A stretch of 64,000 nt of DNA from positions 51,274,001 through 51,338,000 of the forward strand of contig OZ024746.1 of assembly GCA_964016885.1 (NCBI GenBank), in the 5' to 3' direction. The notes below the pieces were generated by a model that did not search any database, was not told where the DNA came from, and was given only the letters and a program-made list of their open reading frames with translations. Below are positions 48,394 through 61,397 of this stretch, one piece after another; position 1 is the stretch's first letter; every line of letters begins with the position of its first letter. The DNA is from Eledone cirrhosa. Its lineage: Eukaryota. Position numbers and translations under genes: made by a program.

Positions 48394-49665
48394 TGGAAAT
48401 CGGGGTATATGGTAGGGGCCAGTTTAATAATAAATCACAAAACGAGACAGCCCAGAAAATACATGGTGATTACAAATAACAATATAATATGAAAAATGAA
48501 AATATATAAGCAAAATAAGATAATAAATAAATAAATAAACAAATAAATAAATAAATAAATATAAAAATAAAAAAATAATAAATTAAAAATAGAATAACAT
48601 AAAATAAGGTAAAAATAGACGGCGGTAATATGATGGGTGTATAAGGACATACAGATAGATAAATTATAATACAATATCATACACAATTACAAAAATACAC
48701 ACGCCCCTATTACACTGATGCGAGGGTAATTGAAACTTAACGTCTTTTAGGTTAGATTTTACGACAAACCAGTAGAGGGAAGTGTTAGTTTCTGAATAAT
48801 TGCGGTTCCTAAACTGTGTCCCGCAAGATGTAATTAAGTGCACAATGAAAGAGCAAGATTTTATTTCAAAATGTGAAAAGTACAAATTGAAATTTGTAAA
48901 GTGTCAAAATGGGAAACAATTAAAATAAGAGTAAAACTATTGCCAAGAAAAAAAAACAAAAAAAAACATCCTAAGCGCATGTTTCACATTAATTTCACAT
49001 TAAACTTTACTCTATTGACAAAAGAAAGGCGTACATATATTTTTTCTTTAATAATTTACTTAACCATATTCCTAATTTATGCTAATTATCACATTAATTT
49101 CACATTAAACTTTACTCTATTTATTAAACTTTACTCTATTGACAAAAGAAAGGAGTACATATATTTTTTCTTTAATAATTTAATCAACCATATTCCTAAT
49201 TTATGCCAATTAGCTCATTTTAATATATTTTCTAATTGAGGTACAAAGTGCGCCAAGATATTTTGACCTATTTCAAAGTGCGTTGTGAGTACACAAAAAG
49301 GTTTAGGAACTGCTGCACTCCTGAGTAACAATAATAAAAATGTCTAAACTTATTATCCCCTTATAATATATAACCAGCAATTTCTCTGTCTGTCTGTCCG
49401 ACAGTGGAAACACGTGTGCGCGTGCGAATGTTTTTTGCGCACGCGTAGAGAGAGAGTGAGAGTGAAAGAAAGAGACAGACTACGAGAAGGGGATAGCGGG
49501 AGGGAGAGAGGGAGAGGGAGAGAGTGAATAGACGCTAAAACACGTGCGCGCGTGCCAATGTTTTTTGCGCACGCGCACGCGTAGAGAGAGAGTGAGAGTG
49601 AAAGGAAGAGACAGACTACAAGAGGGGGATAGCGGGAGGGAGAGAGGGGGGAATTGAGGAGTGCT

Positions 49666-49832
49666 ACAGAAACATATATACATTTTTGTGTGTGTGTAAT
49701 ATATATATATATATATACACACACAGAAATATATATATATACACACAGAAATATATAAATATATATACATTTCTGTGTGTGTAATATATATATACACACA
49801 CACAGAAATATATATACATTTCTGTGTGTGCA

Positions 49833-49867
<35 letters not shown>

Positions 49868-49895
49868 GAAATATATATACATTTCTGTGTGTGTA

Positions 49896-49941
<46 letters not shown>

Positions 49942-50690
49942 TACACACACAGAAATGTATATATATTTCTGTGTGTATGTATATATTACACACACAGAAA
50001 TGTATATATATATACACACAGAAATATATATACATCCCTTAGCTACTGTACTCTATCTGTTCCTATCTCTCTCTCTCTCCAGCTATCCCTCTCTTTTAGT
50101 CTGTCTGTTTCTCTCACTCTCACTCTTTCTCTTTGTAACTCACTAACATTCCTTCCCTCTATCGCTGTGACAAATGGGGAGATGGAGGAGGAGGAGGAGG
50201 AGAGAGTCACTTCGTCACTTCACCTCTGCCTTTCTTTCTCTCCCCTCTCACTCCCTCATTACGTACAGACATTAGGGCGGTGGATTGGCAGATTCTGTAG
50301 AGAGTCGGACACCATGCTTCATAGCATGGAGTTACGTCCCTTTACGGTCTGAGTTCAAATACCGCCGAGGTTAACTTTGCCTTTCATCCTCACGGTGTCG
50401 ATAAAATAAAGTACCAGTAATGTACTGGGTAATAGCTGGCCTTGTGCCAAAAGTAGAAACAATTATTAGAAACATGCTTCATTTTTACATATCTAAGCAT
50501 TAGTAAAATAACTAATAATTTCAAAAGTAATTTTTCAATTCCAATTGTTATGAACAGCAAAACATTAATAATAATTTTGTTCTAAAAAATATATATACAT
50601 TTCTGTGTGTGTAATATATATATATATACACACAGAAATATATATACATTTCTGTGTGTGTAATATATATATATATATATATATATATAT
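49666..50690. repeat. Palindromic-unit minisatellite ACACACAGAAATATATATACATTTCTGTGTGT + (TA)n, interrupted by a SINE (50274-50468, +)
   Basis: Unit seen repeatedly at 49666-50035 and 50587-50665, and again at 58088-58115 beyond the PLE pair. Confidence 0.8.
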
Positions 50691-53600
50691 GGAAAGTTAT
50701 ATTTAAAATTGTTGGGTTACAACTAGTAAATATTTATAACTGATATAAAAGCACTCGACAAATATTTGGAGTATATTTACAATATTAAATAAATGGAAAC
50801 TATATTTATAAAACCATATTTATTTCATTATATATATTTCGGGGATATCATATTAACAATATGCTATGCCTTCCTCAGACAAAATACAATATAAACAGTT
50901 TTATAGATAAATAGATTCGACATACCGTAACAACACCGACTTGCATTTGAAGAGGTTGAACTGGCAGTGAAAAAATTTTACACAGAGAGAAAGAAAGAGA
51001 GAAAAAAGAAAGAAAGACAGAAAACGAAGAAAAGGAAGAAAAAGAAGAAATGCATGGAACAAAATAGAGAGATGGAAAGATAGATAAAGAGAAGAACTTC
51101 ATGTAAAGAAACAGAAAGAGATATATATATATAGAGAGAGAGGAAATAGAGATAGATACATATATATATAGAAAATTAGGTAGTGGGAGGTCAGTTGAAT
51201 AAATGTATCAATGATACATTTATTTATTTATTTATTTATTTAGCTCTAGTATTAATGTAAGGGAGATATATAGAGAGAGAAAAAAAATATAGAGAGAGAA
51301 AAAAATAGCGAGAGAAAAAATTTAAAAATAGCCAGATATATTCGAGGCGTAAAAACCCTATGTTTTAATGTATTTATAAAACTTCCACTATATTGTAAAT
51401 ATCAGTATTCCTGAATGAGACAAGTATCCATAGTGTGTGAAAATTAATTATCTTATGTTTAGTTTTTTAAAAAAATTCATATGTTTATGTGATAGCTACA
51501 AACATCCATGTGAATCCACATGATCAACTCTGCAAACTCTAAGTTCACGGAAAACATTCTCAATGTGGTATAAAAATTTGAGTATACATATATGTGTATT
51601 ATTATTCCTGTCTTTACTCTACAAGATTATCTATCAAGCAGAAATAGAGAGCAGATTTCAATATACTAATAAAAATATATATCAGAAACAAAACTAAAAA
51701 AATAACAATAATAATAATAAGTAGAAAACTAAAAAAATATTACGAAAGAATATTACATATTAAAAATATTACATATTAAAAAATTTACATATTAAAGATA
51801 TTAAAAATAAAAATAAAAAATATTAGAAAATACTACAATAATAAAAAATAAAAATAAACCACAAAGATCAACCCTTCAAAATTAATTGACAATATATTGC
51901 CAAGTTCATTATAAGCATCAGAGTCGAAAAACAGACAAAGCCAAAAATTATCTATCAAATCACATCTAGCAAAGATCATTTCAAAATGTTTATGATGCCC
52001 AATTTGGTCTACATGTGTTCTTATATTTAATATAGAAGTTTATCTAGTGTAAGGTTTATTCAAAATATTTGGAGCATCAGCTTTTAGGGTAGCTTAATTT
52101 TTCATGAGGAATGTTTAAATAAAAATAAAATAAAAATAAACAATAAAAAAGAATAAAAAGAAGGAATCAAAAATTTATCGGCTAGTTTCCCATATAAATA
52201 TAAATCAAACTAAATATACTACATTTTAAATTTAAATTTATATTTAAACGTTGAGTTTAATCTATGTTTGCAACAACTGAATAAATTTGTCCGTAGATTA
52301 AGGGAATTCTTAGATTTTAGTATAAAGAATATCTCCTCTGCGCAGAGGTCACATGTCTCAGAGGATGAATTAAAAGGAATCCCTCTTGAGACTATATTCC
52401 AAGCCGTCGAATATCTAACGTTATCTAGCTTAAGTTGCCAGAGTACGCCTGATAGTGCCGTTGAAGATTTTTTGCTTGGATCTGTGAAAGAATTCTTGTG
52501 GTTATTATAGCGAAGTTTAAATTCCGTCGATGTGGAACCGACGTAGTTAAAAGAATTAGAGTCAGTATTAACATTACAATTGTATACTATATTTTTAACT
52601 AAGCAGTTGTTATTTAACGGACATTTAGATCTATCTCTACAGTTACATTTGTTAACTTGTATATTATTTATGCTATTATCACTAGGTTTTAAGTTCCTAT
52701 TATTTATTCTATTAATATTTTGTGCTAAATTTTTGGTGGATGAGTAGGTTAATTTAATTGTATGCCTATTGAAAATTGAGTGATACCTATGTGTTCTAGG
52801 GAAGCGATTATCAAGAGCTTTGAAAAATAGTTTAGCGATGTGGGTTTTAATGTTTAGTGAGAAAGGGGGGGGCAAACCAAATTATGTTCCTAGTTCTATT
52901 TCTTTTTTGGCCTTTGGAATTATTGTAATGCTTTCTATTTTAGTTGTTAAGGTTGTTGCCGTAATTAAAAAAGTTGTTACTTTGTTTAGTTTGTCTATCA
53001 TTATCTATGTACACAATCTTATCAGCATATCCTGCCCTAGCTAATGCTTCATTATAGTATTGGGCCTTTTCGTCGAAAATCTTTCTATTCGACGAGATCC
53101 TAGAGATACGTTTTTGAACAGAGTTTACTATAGTGTTTTTGACAGATCTGGGGTGGTTAGAGTTAAAGTTGACATAGTTTAAGTTTTCATTCAACTTGTG
53201 AAAAGGATAGTGGAGACATGTGTTGAGATTTAATGTTATATCTAGGAAATTGACTATTCTATGGTTGTTCTCAATTTCTATTTTAAGATTAAAGTAATTA
53301 AAAAATTTTGTAATTTGTTTACATTTTCTATTTAGTTCAGGGTTATTATTATTAATAAGTAAAAGCATGTCATCTCTATATAAACCTCCGGTAGTACCAG
53401 GTATTTTCCTATGTAGCGAATTGATTAAAAATAAGCCCACAAGGTCAGTTACCTGAGCTGAGTCGGATGATCCCATAGTTATGTCAAAATTGCTATCTCT
53501 ATCTGCTCTGGTCCATAATTTGTCATTAAATTCTATCAAAGTTTTCCTAGTCGATAATATAATATGCATTTCTTTGCTAGTTAGGTCAGTATGTTTGAAT

Positions 53601-54317
53601 GCGTAATTTAGTGCCTTATTTAGTAGACTAGGGGTAATAGAAGAATAATAGTTAGCTATATCAAGTTGAATAAACCTATTATTATTGTTATATTTAATTT
53701 GCTTAAACCACTCAACAACCTCTCCAGTTCCCTTCCACAAGCTCAGGTTAGATACACAATCCAAGTTCTTAATTTGCTGTATCACCCTGTCAAGAATGTT
53801 TTTGCTTAATTTGCCCAGGTCCGATTTTGATGGTGCGATCAATCTAACTGGCAGGTCATTTTCAAAATTCCTCTTGTGATCCTTCATATCGATCTTCGGT
53901 TTCCTGGGCACGAAAGGTTGTGTTCTGTTCTCAATTTCCAACTCGTGCATTATACAAGATGCTTCGACATTCATTTTCTCAAGTTCGGCCTTATCTGCTA
54001 CCTTGTACTTTTTCCTCAGCTCTTTCAGTATGAGGCCATTATACATGTCTTTCTGCACTCCATAGAGGTTGTTGGTCTTGTCAGATTTCACCAAGATCTT
54101 CTCAGTTTTCTCTAAGCTCCCAATGTTATCCTTAATGCCTTTCAGATATTATTGGCCTTTGAAGTTTCTCTTGAATTTGACCCCTTGTATGATAGAAATT
54201 ATATCGTTTTCAAAGTCAGATAAAAGTTTGTTAGGGGGTGGATTTCTTTTAGATTTGAAAACTTTGTTTAAGTCCGAGACATTTTCGTTTGCATTAGATT
54301 TATCAAAGTGGAATGCA
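50689..54317 (-). pseudogene. Inverted, 5'-truncated and disabled copy of the intact PLE
   Basis: Reverse complement of 54505-58050 plus ~90 bp extra 3' tail. Lacks the first ~39 codons. Stops at ~54150 and ~52941, +1 frameshift in the G-run at ~52870. Confidence 0.93.
50821..50886 (-). ncRNA. Type I hammerhead at the 3' end of the inverted PLE copy
   Basis: Minus strand reads TATTTTGT-CTGAGGA-aGGcATAgCATATT gtt AATATGaTATcCCc-GAAA-TATATA-TA-ATGAAATA. Confidence 0.78.
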
Positions 54318-54388
54318 ACAATTTTAAATATAACTTTCCATGTATCTTGCTCCAATACTGTTGAGCGCTTTATATTATAACTGGAAAA

Positions 54389-56602
54389 ATGGAATTCTTT
54401 AAGATTACTTCCTCTCTAAAAGACATACCTCTACCTAGAAACAAAGACTTTATAAAACAATTAATAGATAAATCTGACTCTTTTATAAGGAGAATCAGGT
54501 GGCGTGCATTCCACTTTGATAAATCTAATGCAAACGAAAATGTCTCGGACTTAAACAAAGTTTTCAAATCTAAAAGAAATCCACCCCCTAACAAACTTTT
54601 ATCTGACTTTGAAAACGATATAATTTCTATCATACAAGGGGTCAAATTCAAGAGAAACTTCAAAGGCCAGGAATATCTGAAAGGCATTAAGGATAACATT
54701 GGGAGCTTAGAGAAAACTGAGAAGATCTTGGTGAAATCTGACAAGACCAACAACCTCTATGGAGTGCAGAAAGACATGTATAATGGCCTCATACTGAAAG
54801 AGCTGAGGAAAAAGTACAAGGTAGCAGATAAGGCCGAACTTGAGAAAATGAATGTCGAAGCATCTTGTATAATGCACGAGTTGGAAATTGAGAACAGAAC
54901 ACAACCTTTCGTGCCCAGGAAACCGAAGATCGATATGAAGGATCACAAGAGGAATTTTGAAAATGACCTGCCAGTTAGATTGATCGCACCATCAAAATCG
55001 GACCTGGGCAAATTAAGCAAAAACATTCTTGACAGGGTGATACAGCAAATTAAGAACTTGGATTGTGTATCTAACCTGAGCTTGTGGAAGGGAACTGGAG
55101 AGGTTGTTGAGTGGTTTAAGCAAATTAAATATAACAATAATAATAGGTTTATTCAACTTGATATAGCTAACTATTATTCTTCTATTACCCCTAGTCTACT
55201 AAATAAGGCACTAAATTACGCATTCAAACATACTGACCTAACTAGCAAAGAAATGCATATTATATTATCGACTAGGAAAACTTTGATAGAATTTAATGAC
55301 AAATTATGGACCAGAGCAGATAGAGATAGCAATTTTGACATAACTATGGGATCATCCGACTCAGCTCAGGTAACTGACCTTGTGGGCTTATTTTTAATCA
55401 ATTCGCTACATAGGAAAATACCTGGTACTACCGGAGGTTTATATAGAGATGACATGCTTTTACTTATTAATAATAATAACCCTGAACTAAATAGAAAATG
55501 TAAACAAATTACAAAATTTTTTAATTACTTTAATCTTAAAATAGAAATTGAGAACAACCATAGAATAGTCAATTTCCTAGATATAACATTAAATCTCAAC
55601 ACATGTCTCCACTATCCTTTTCACAAGTTGAATGAAAACTTAAACTATGTCAACTTTAACTCTAACCACCCCAGATCTGTCAAAAACACTATAGTAAACT
55701 CTGTTCAAAAACGTATCTCTAGGATCTCGTCGAATAGAAAGATTTTCGACGAAAAGGCCCAATACTATAATGAAGCATTAGCTAGGGCAGGATATGCTGA
55801 TAAGATTGTGTACATAGATAATGATAGACAAACTAAACAAAGTAACAACTTTTTTAATTACGGCAACAACCTTAACAACTATAATAGAAAGCATTACAAT
55901 AATTCCAAAGGCCAAAAAAGAAATAGAACTAGGAACATAATTTGGTTTGCCCCCCCTTTCTCACTAAACATTAAAACCCACATCGCTAAACTATTTTTCA
56001 AAGCTCTTGATAATCGCTTCCCTAGAACACATAGGTATCACTCAATTTTCAATAGGCATACAATTAAATTAACCTACTCATCCACCAAAAATTTAGCACA
56101 AAATATTAATAGAATAAATAATAGGAACTTAAAACCTAGTGATAATAGCATAAATAATATACAAGTTAACAAATGTAACTGTAGAGATAGATCTAAATGT
56201 CCGTTAAATAACAACTGCTTAGTTAAAAATATAGTATACAATTGTAATGTTAATACTGACTCTAATTCTTTTAACTACGTCGGTTCCACATCGACGGAAT
56301 TTAAACTTCGCTATAATAACCACAAGAATTCTTTCACAGATCCAAGCAAAAAATCTTCAACGGCACTATCAGGCGTACTCTGGCAACTTAAGCTAGATAA
56401 CGTTAGATATTCGACGGCTTGGAATATAGTCTCAAGAGGGATTCCTTTTAATTCATCCTCTGAGACATGTGACCTCTGCGCAGAGGAGATATTCTTTATA
56501 CTAAAATCTAAAAATTCCCTTAATCTACGGACAAATTTATTCAGTTGTTGCAAACATAGATTAAACTCAACGTTTAAATATAAATTTAAATTTAAAATGT
56601 AG
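54389..56602 (+). CDS. Intact Penelope-like element ORF: reverse transcriptase + Cys-rich linker + C-terminal GIY-YIG endonuclease (737 aa)
   Basis: VKSDKTNN, PVRLIAP, IQLDIANYYSSI, TMGS, GLYRDD, VNFLDI, SNHP (PLE RT). IIWFAPP and CNCR...CPL...CL. IVY...YVGST...FKLRY..H and CDLC..E (GIY-YIG). Confidence 0.95.
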   Translation: MEFFKITSSLKDIPLPRNKDFIKQLIDKSDSFIRRIRWRAFHFDKSNANENVSDLNKVFKSKRNPPPNKLLSDFENDIISIIQGVKFKRNFKGQEYLKGIKDNIGSLEKTEKILVKSDKTNNLYGVQKDMYNGLILKELRKKYKVADKAELEKMNVEASCIMHELEIENRTQPFVPRKPKIDMKDHKRNFENDLPVRLIAPSKSDLGKLSKNILDRVIQQIKNLDCVSNLSLWKGTGEVVEWFKQIKYNNNNRFIQLDIANYYSSITPSLLNKALNYAFKHTDLTSKEMHIILSTRKTLIEFNDKLWTRADRDSNFDITMGSSDSAQVTDLVGLFLINSLHRKIPGTTGGLYRDDMLLLINNNNPELNRKCKQITKFFNYFNLKIEIENNHRIVNFLDITLNLNTCLHYPFHKLNENLNYVNFNSNHPRSVKNTIVNSVQKRISRISSNRKIFDEKAQYYNEALARAGYADKIVYIDNDRQTKQSNNFFNYGNNLNNYNRKHYNNSKGQKRNRTRNIIWFAPPFSLNIKTHIAKLFFKALDNRFPRTHRYHSIFNRHTIKLTYSSTKNLAQNINRINNRNLKPSDNSINNIQVNKCNCRDRSKCPLNNNCLVKNIVYNCNVNTDSNSFNYVGSTSTEFKLRYNNHKNSFTDPSKKSSTALSGVLWQLKLDNVRYSTAWNIVSRGIPFNSSSETCDLCAEEIFFILKSKNSLNLRTNLFSCCKHRLNSTFKYKFKFKM

Positions 56603-57940
56603 TATATTTAGTTTGATTTATATTTATATGGGAAACTAGCCGATAAATTTTTGATTCCTTCTTTTTATTCTTTTTTTATTGTTTATTTTTATTTTATTTT
56701 TATTTAAACATTCCTCATGAAAAATTAAGCTACCCTAAAAGCTGATGCTCCAAATATTTTGAATAAACCTTACACTAGATAAACTTCTATATTAAATATA
56801 AGAACACATGTAGACCGAATTGGGCATCATAAACTTTTTGAAATGATCTTTGCTAGATGTGATTTGATAGATAATTTTTAGCTTTGTCTGTTTTTCGACT
56901 CTGATGCTTATAATGAACTTGGCAATATATTGTCAATTAATTTTGAAGGGTTGATCTTTGTGGTTTATTTTTATTTTTTATTATTGTAGTATTTTCTAAT
57001 ATTTTTTATTTTTATTTTTAATATCTTTAATATGTAAATTTTTTAATATGTAATATTTTTAATATGTAATATTCTTTCGTAATATTTTTTTAGTTTTCTA
57101 CTTATTATTATTATTGTTATTTTTTTAGTTTTGTTTCTGATATATATTTTTATTAGTATATTGAAATCTGCTCTCTATTTCTGCTTGATAGATAATCTTG
57201 TAGAGTAAAGACAGGAATAATAATACACATATATGTATACTCAAATTTTTATACCACATTGAGAATGTTTTCCGTGAACTTAGAGTTTGCAGAGTTGATC
57301 ATGTGGATTCACATGGATGTTTGTAGCTATCACATAAACATATGAATTTTTTTAAAAAACTAAACATAAGATAATTAATTTTCACACACTATGGATACTT
57401 GTCTCATTCAGGAATACTGATATTTACAATATAGTGGAAGTTTTATAAATACTAATACATTAAAACATAGGGTTTTTACGCCTCGAATATATCTGGCTAT
57501 TTTTAAATTTTTTCTCTCGCTATTTTTTTCTCTCTCTATATTTTTTTTCTCTCTATATATATCTCCCTTACATTAATACTAGAGCTAAATAAATAAATAA
57601 ATAAATAAATGTATCATTGATACATTTACTCAACTGACCTCCCACTACCTAATTTTCTCTATATATATGTATCTATCTCTATTTCCTCTCTCTCTATATA
57701 TATATCTCTTTCTGTTTCTTTACATGAAGTTCTTCTCTTTATCTATCTTTCCATCTCTCTATTTTGTTCCATGCATTTCTTCTTTTTCTTCCTTTTCTTC
57801 GTTTTCTGTCTTTCTTTCTTTTTTTCTCTCTTTCTTTCTCTCTGTGTAAAATTTTTTCACTGCCAGTTCAACCTCTTCAAATGCAAGTCGGTGTTGTTAC
57901 GGTATGTCGAATCTATTTATCTATAAAACTGTTTATATTG

Positions 57941-58007
57941 TATTTTGTCTGAGGAAGGCATAGCATATTGTTAATATGATATCCCCGAAATATATATAAA
58001 GAAAATA
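57941..58007 (+). ncRNA. Type I hammerhead at the 3' end of the intact PLE (stem I weakened relative to the mirror copy)
   Basis: TATTTTGT-CTGAGGA-stem II-GAAA-TATATA-TA-AAGAAAATA. Confidence 0.72.
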
Positions 58008-58044
58008 AATATGGTTTTATAAATATAGTTTCCATTTATTTAAT

Positions 58045-58096
<52 letters not shown>

Positions 58097-58224
58097 GAAA
58101 TATATATACATTTCTTTATATGTAATACGTTTGATTTGTTCAATTTCTCATCCAAATCTCAACAATATCTGTATATACATTAGATTTGCTAGCAGAAAAC
58201 CGCCCACCGGGTGTTTTCTGCTAG

Positions 58225-58869
58225 TCTATATATATAAAACTGAGGATGTCTGTCTGTGTGTGTGTGTTTGTGAGTTTGAATCCCTAAAACTCAAGAAGTA
58301 CCCAACCGATTTTTTTCAAACTTTACATGTGTATTACTTATGTTTCAGGGAATGTTATGCACATAAAAGATTCAACTTTTTGATCCACTAGGGCCCGCAT
58401 TGTGTAAAAAACTGCTTTTTTCCTGCTTTTTAGGGTCTTTTTGAGGCGTTACATCAGACCGATTTCCTTGAAATTGTAACTATGTATTAGTCAGTCTCTT
58501 CTTCATACCGTGAGCAAAGAAAATCCAACTTTTTTATGGCCTAGAGCCCGCATTAGGTGAAAAACTTCATTTTTCAACTTTTTAGGGCTTTTTTGAGGCG
58601 TTACGTCTAGCCGATTTTCCCGAAATTTCAAGGCATATTATGCACATAAAAAAAATTCATTTTCTTGATCCCCTAGGGCCTGCATTAGGTGAAAACCTGC
58701 ATTTTTCATGCTTCATCGAGGAAAATCTTAAAGATTATCCAGCCATCAGAGTATTCGGTTTATTTTCTTTACATATTGTCCAGGCATGCAGTTTTTCCAC
58801 GATTAGGTCTGTTGGCGGCCCGCATTCCAAAATACCTTATCCCATGCAACGCCGGGTACCACTGCTAGT
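58225..58869 (+). mobile_element. Non-autonomous Helitron-like element
   Basis: Starts TCTATATATATAAAA...TGTCTGTCTGTGTG and ends CCCATGCAACGCCGGGTA...CTGCTAGT. Preceded by another CTAG-ending hairpin at 58188-58225. Confidence 0.72.
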
Positions 58870-58876
58870 TAATAAT

Positions 58877-59812
58877 AATAATTGTTTCTACTTTTGGTAC
58901 AAGGCCAGCAATTACCCAGTACATTACTGGTACTTTATTTTATCGACCCCGTAAGGATGAAAGGCAGAGGTAACCGCGACGGGATTTGAACTAGAAAGCA
59001 TGGCGTCCAACCCTCTACCGATACTGCCAATTCCCCACCCTCTAATTATAATAATGATTTCACTTATTATAATAATGATTTTATTTATTGGCCACAAGGG
59101 TCGACATGTAGGGGACAATACAAAGACACGGACAGTGGGGGTTTACAATAAGCTCGAGTAAAAGTGCACAATAGCAAAAGCAATAATGAAAATATATAAT
59201 AAACTATGTATAAACGTAACAAAATAAATTCCCCAATAGGTGGGTGAACTACCCAGGGGCGACTCCACCAATACCCCACCAATCCTGAACCACCCGACGC
59301 TTCTAGGGTACCTGGGGAGGGCATCCTTCTCCTCAAATTAATCAGCCTACAGGCGCATTCATCCATCTTTTAGCAAATGTACTAGAGGGGAGGGGGAAGC
59401 ACTTCTCTCTCGACCCTCACCTTCCTTTCCAGGTTAAACATAATAATTGTTTCTACTTTTGGCACAAGGCCAGCCATTAACCAGTACATTACTGGTACTT
59501 TATTTTATCGACCCCGTAAGGATGAAAGGCAAAGTTGTCCTCGGCGGGATTTGAACTCAGAATGGCAAGGGCCGTAACTCTATGCGTCAAAGCATGACGT
59601 CCGACCCTCTACCGATACTGCCAATTTAACAATAATTGTTTCTACTTTAGGCACAAGGCCAGCAATTACTCAGTGTATTACTGGTACTTTATTTTATCGA
59701 CCCCGTAAGGATGAAAGGCAAAGTTAACCTCGGTGGGATTTGAACTCACAACGTAAAGGGACGTAACTCTTTGCTGCAAAGCATGGCGTCCGACCCTCTT
59801 CCGATACTGCCA
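58877..59812 (-). mobile_element. Three tRNA-derived SINE copies surrounding a Tx1-like LINE 3' fragment (~59065-59440)
   Basis: SINE reverse complements at 58877, 59443 and 59632. The LINE piece reads LERKVRVEREVL on -, similar to the ORF2 end near 40400, and has AATAAA with an ATT-repeat tail. Confidence 0.75.
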
Positions 59813-59847
59813 ATTTAAAAATAATAATGATAAATAAGTATATATGT

Positions 59848-60085
59848 AAAGGCGTGTGTTAGAGTGTTGGGCTTGCAATCGTGAGGTTGTAAGTTCGATT
59901 CTTGGACCGGGTGATGCGTTATGTCCTTGAGCAAGACACTTTATTTCACGTTGCTCCAGTTCACTCAGCTGTAGAAATGAGTTGTGACGTCACTGGTGCC
60001 AATCTGTATCAGCCTTTGCCTTTCCCTTGGACAACATTTGTGGTGTGTAGAGGGGAGACTGGTATGTATGGGCGACTGCTGGTCG
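59848..60085 (+). mobile_element. Second tRNA-derived SINE family
   Basis: B-box-like GTTCGATTC followed by conserved-domain-like GTCCTTGAGCAAGACACTT and CACTCAGCTGTAGAAATGAG. Confidence 0.65.
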
Positions 60086-60624
60086 CTATCTACATATACG
60101 AAAAATGAATACAGACAAATATATTCACTGTGCGTTAATTTGGCTCAAATGATTCATCATTTTGCTTACGTTCAAACACTATATTTGTAGTATTAAAAAA
60201 GCAGTGATTTTATAAAATCTAAAAACCAGTGTATTTAGCAAAGGAATACACAGTATGTATACTCCACTATCAACCCATGTATTAATTTTCCAATTTGTTT
60301 CCCTCTTACTCTCCCCACGCTTCTCTGTCTCTTCGTTGTCAAACAAGACACCGGGCCAATGGCCCCATACACATCATATAATATATTAATTTTTCCCCTC
60401 TACTCTTACTAGAGTTATGTACGCAATATTTTTTTAATGGACTTTGATAGTATTCTGAAATTGTGGACAGTAGTAATCTAAACCTATTACTTTGAGATAA
60501 CTGAAAATGAATTATTTTTGTTTTCTTACTCTGCGCTCATCATTGAATCTTTTATACCTTTATGTCTATGCACATTAGTGAAATAGTACAGTATATACAT
60601 ACATAATACATATATATATATATA

Positions 60625-61397
60625 TTTCCTATCTTCGGTTTGCTTTTATCCTTCTATGTTGTTTACTTGTCTCACTCGCTTTACGCGACTCACTTGTCCC
60701 AATAGCTTTTTTTAGTTATTGCTCGCACCAACCTGAGGTATATGATTTTTAATGCGATGAAATACCAATGATGGTTGGCAAATCACTGACGAGGGTCTAA
60801 TTTTATAATATGTAACCCATGTGCAACCACGCAGTATTCCTCTTTCTTCTCATGTTTTCTATACATATTTACCTCGGCTGCGTTTGTCTGTTTCTCTCTT
60901 TCTCTCTTACTGCTTCCCCGTTCTCTCTGTTTCTCTCACCTTCTTTCGCCCCCTCTGTCAGTTACACTTTCTCTCGACTGACCTCTTCCTCGCACTTCCA
61001 CTCACTGACTCTCTGTTTCTCCCCTTCTCACTTCCTCCCGTTTCGTTGGTAGTGGGGCTCTTTCTTTCTTTCTTTCTCACATCTCACTCACGTCGGACGG
61101 TCTGTATTCTACGCGCTCATGAAATTCACCCAGTTTATGCTGACCGGATAACCATGTTGCTTGTTTTTTTTCCTATATTCGGTTTGCTTTTATCCTTCTA
61201 TGTTGTTTACTTGTCTCACTCGCTTTACGCGACTCACTTGTCCCAATAGCTTTTTTTAGTTATTGCTCGCACCAACCTGAGGTATATGATTTTTAATGCG
61301 ATGAAATACCAATGATGGTTGGCAAATCACTGACGAGGGACTAATTTTATAATATGTAACCCATGTGCAACCACGCAGTATTCCTCTTTCTTCTCAT

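Larger units (their letters stand above)
54316..58050 (+). mobile_element. Complete Penelope-like element: short 5' leader, ORF, ~1.35 kb T-rich 3' UTR, hammerhead, ends in (TA)n
   Basis: ORF above, HHR at 57941-58007, (TA)n from 58050. Confidence 0.92.

Noticed and set aside
53685-55137. Short ORFs antisense to the PLE RT
   Set aside because: Shadow frames duplicated by the inverted repeat, with no recognisable motifs
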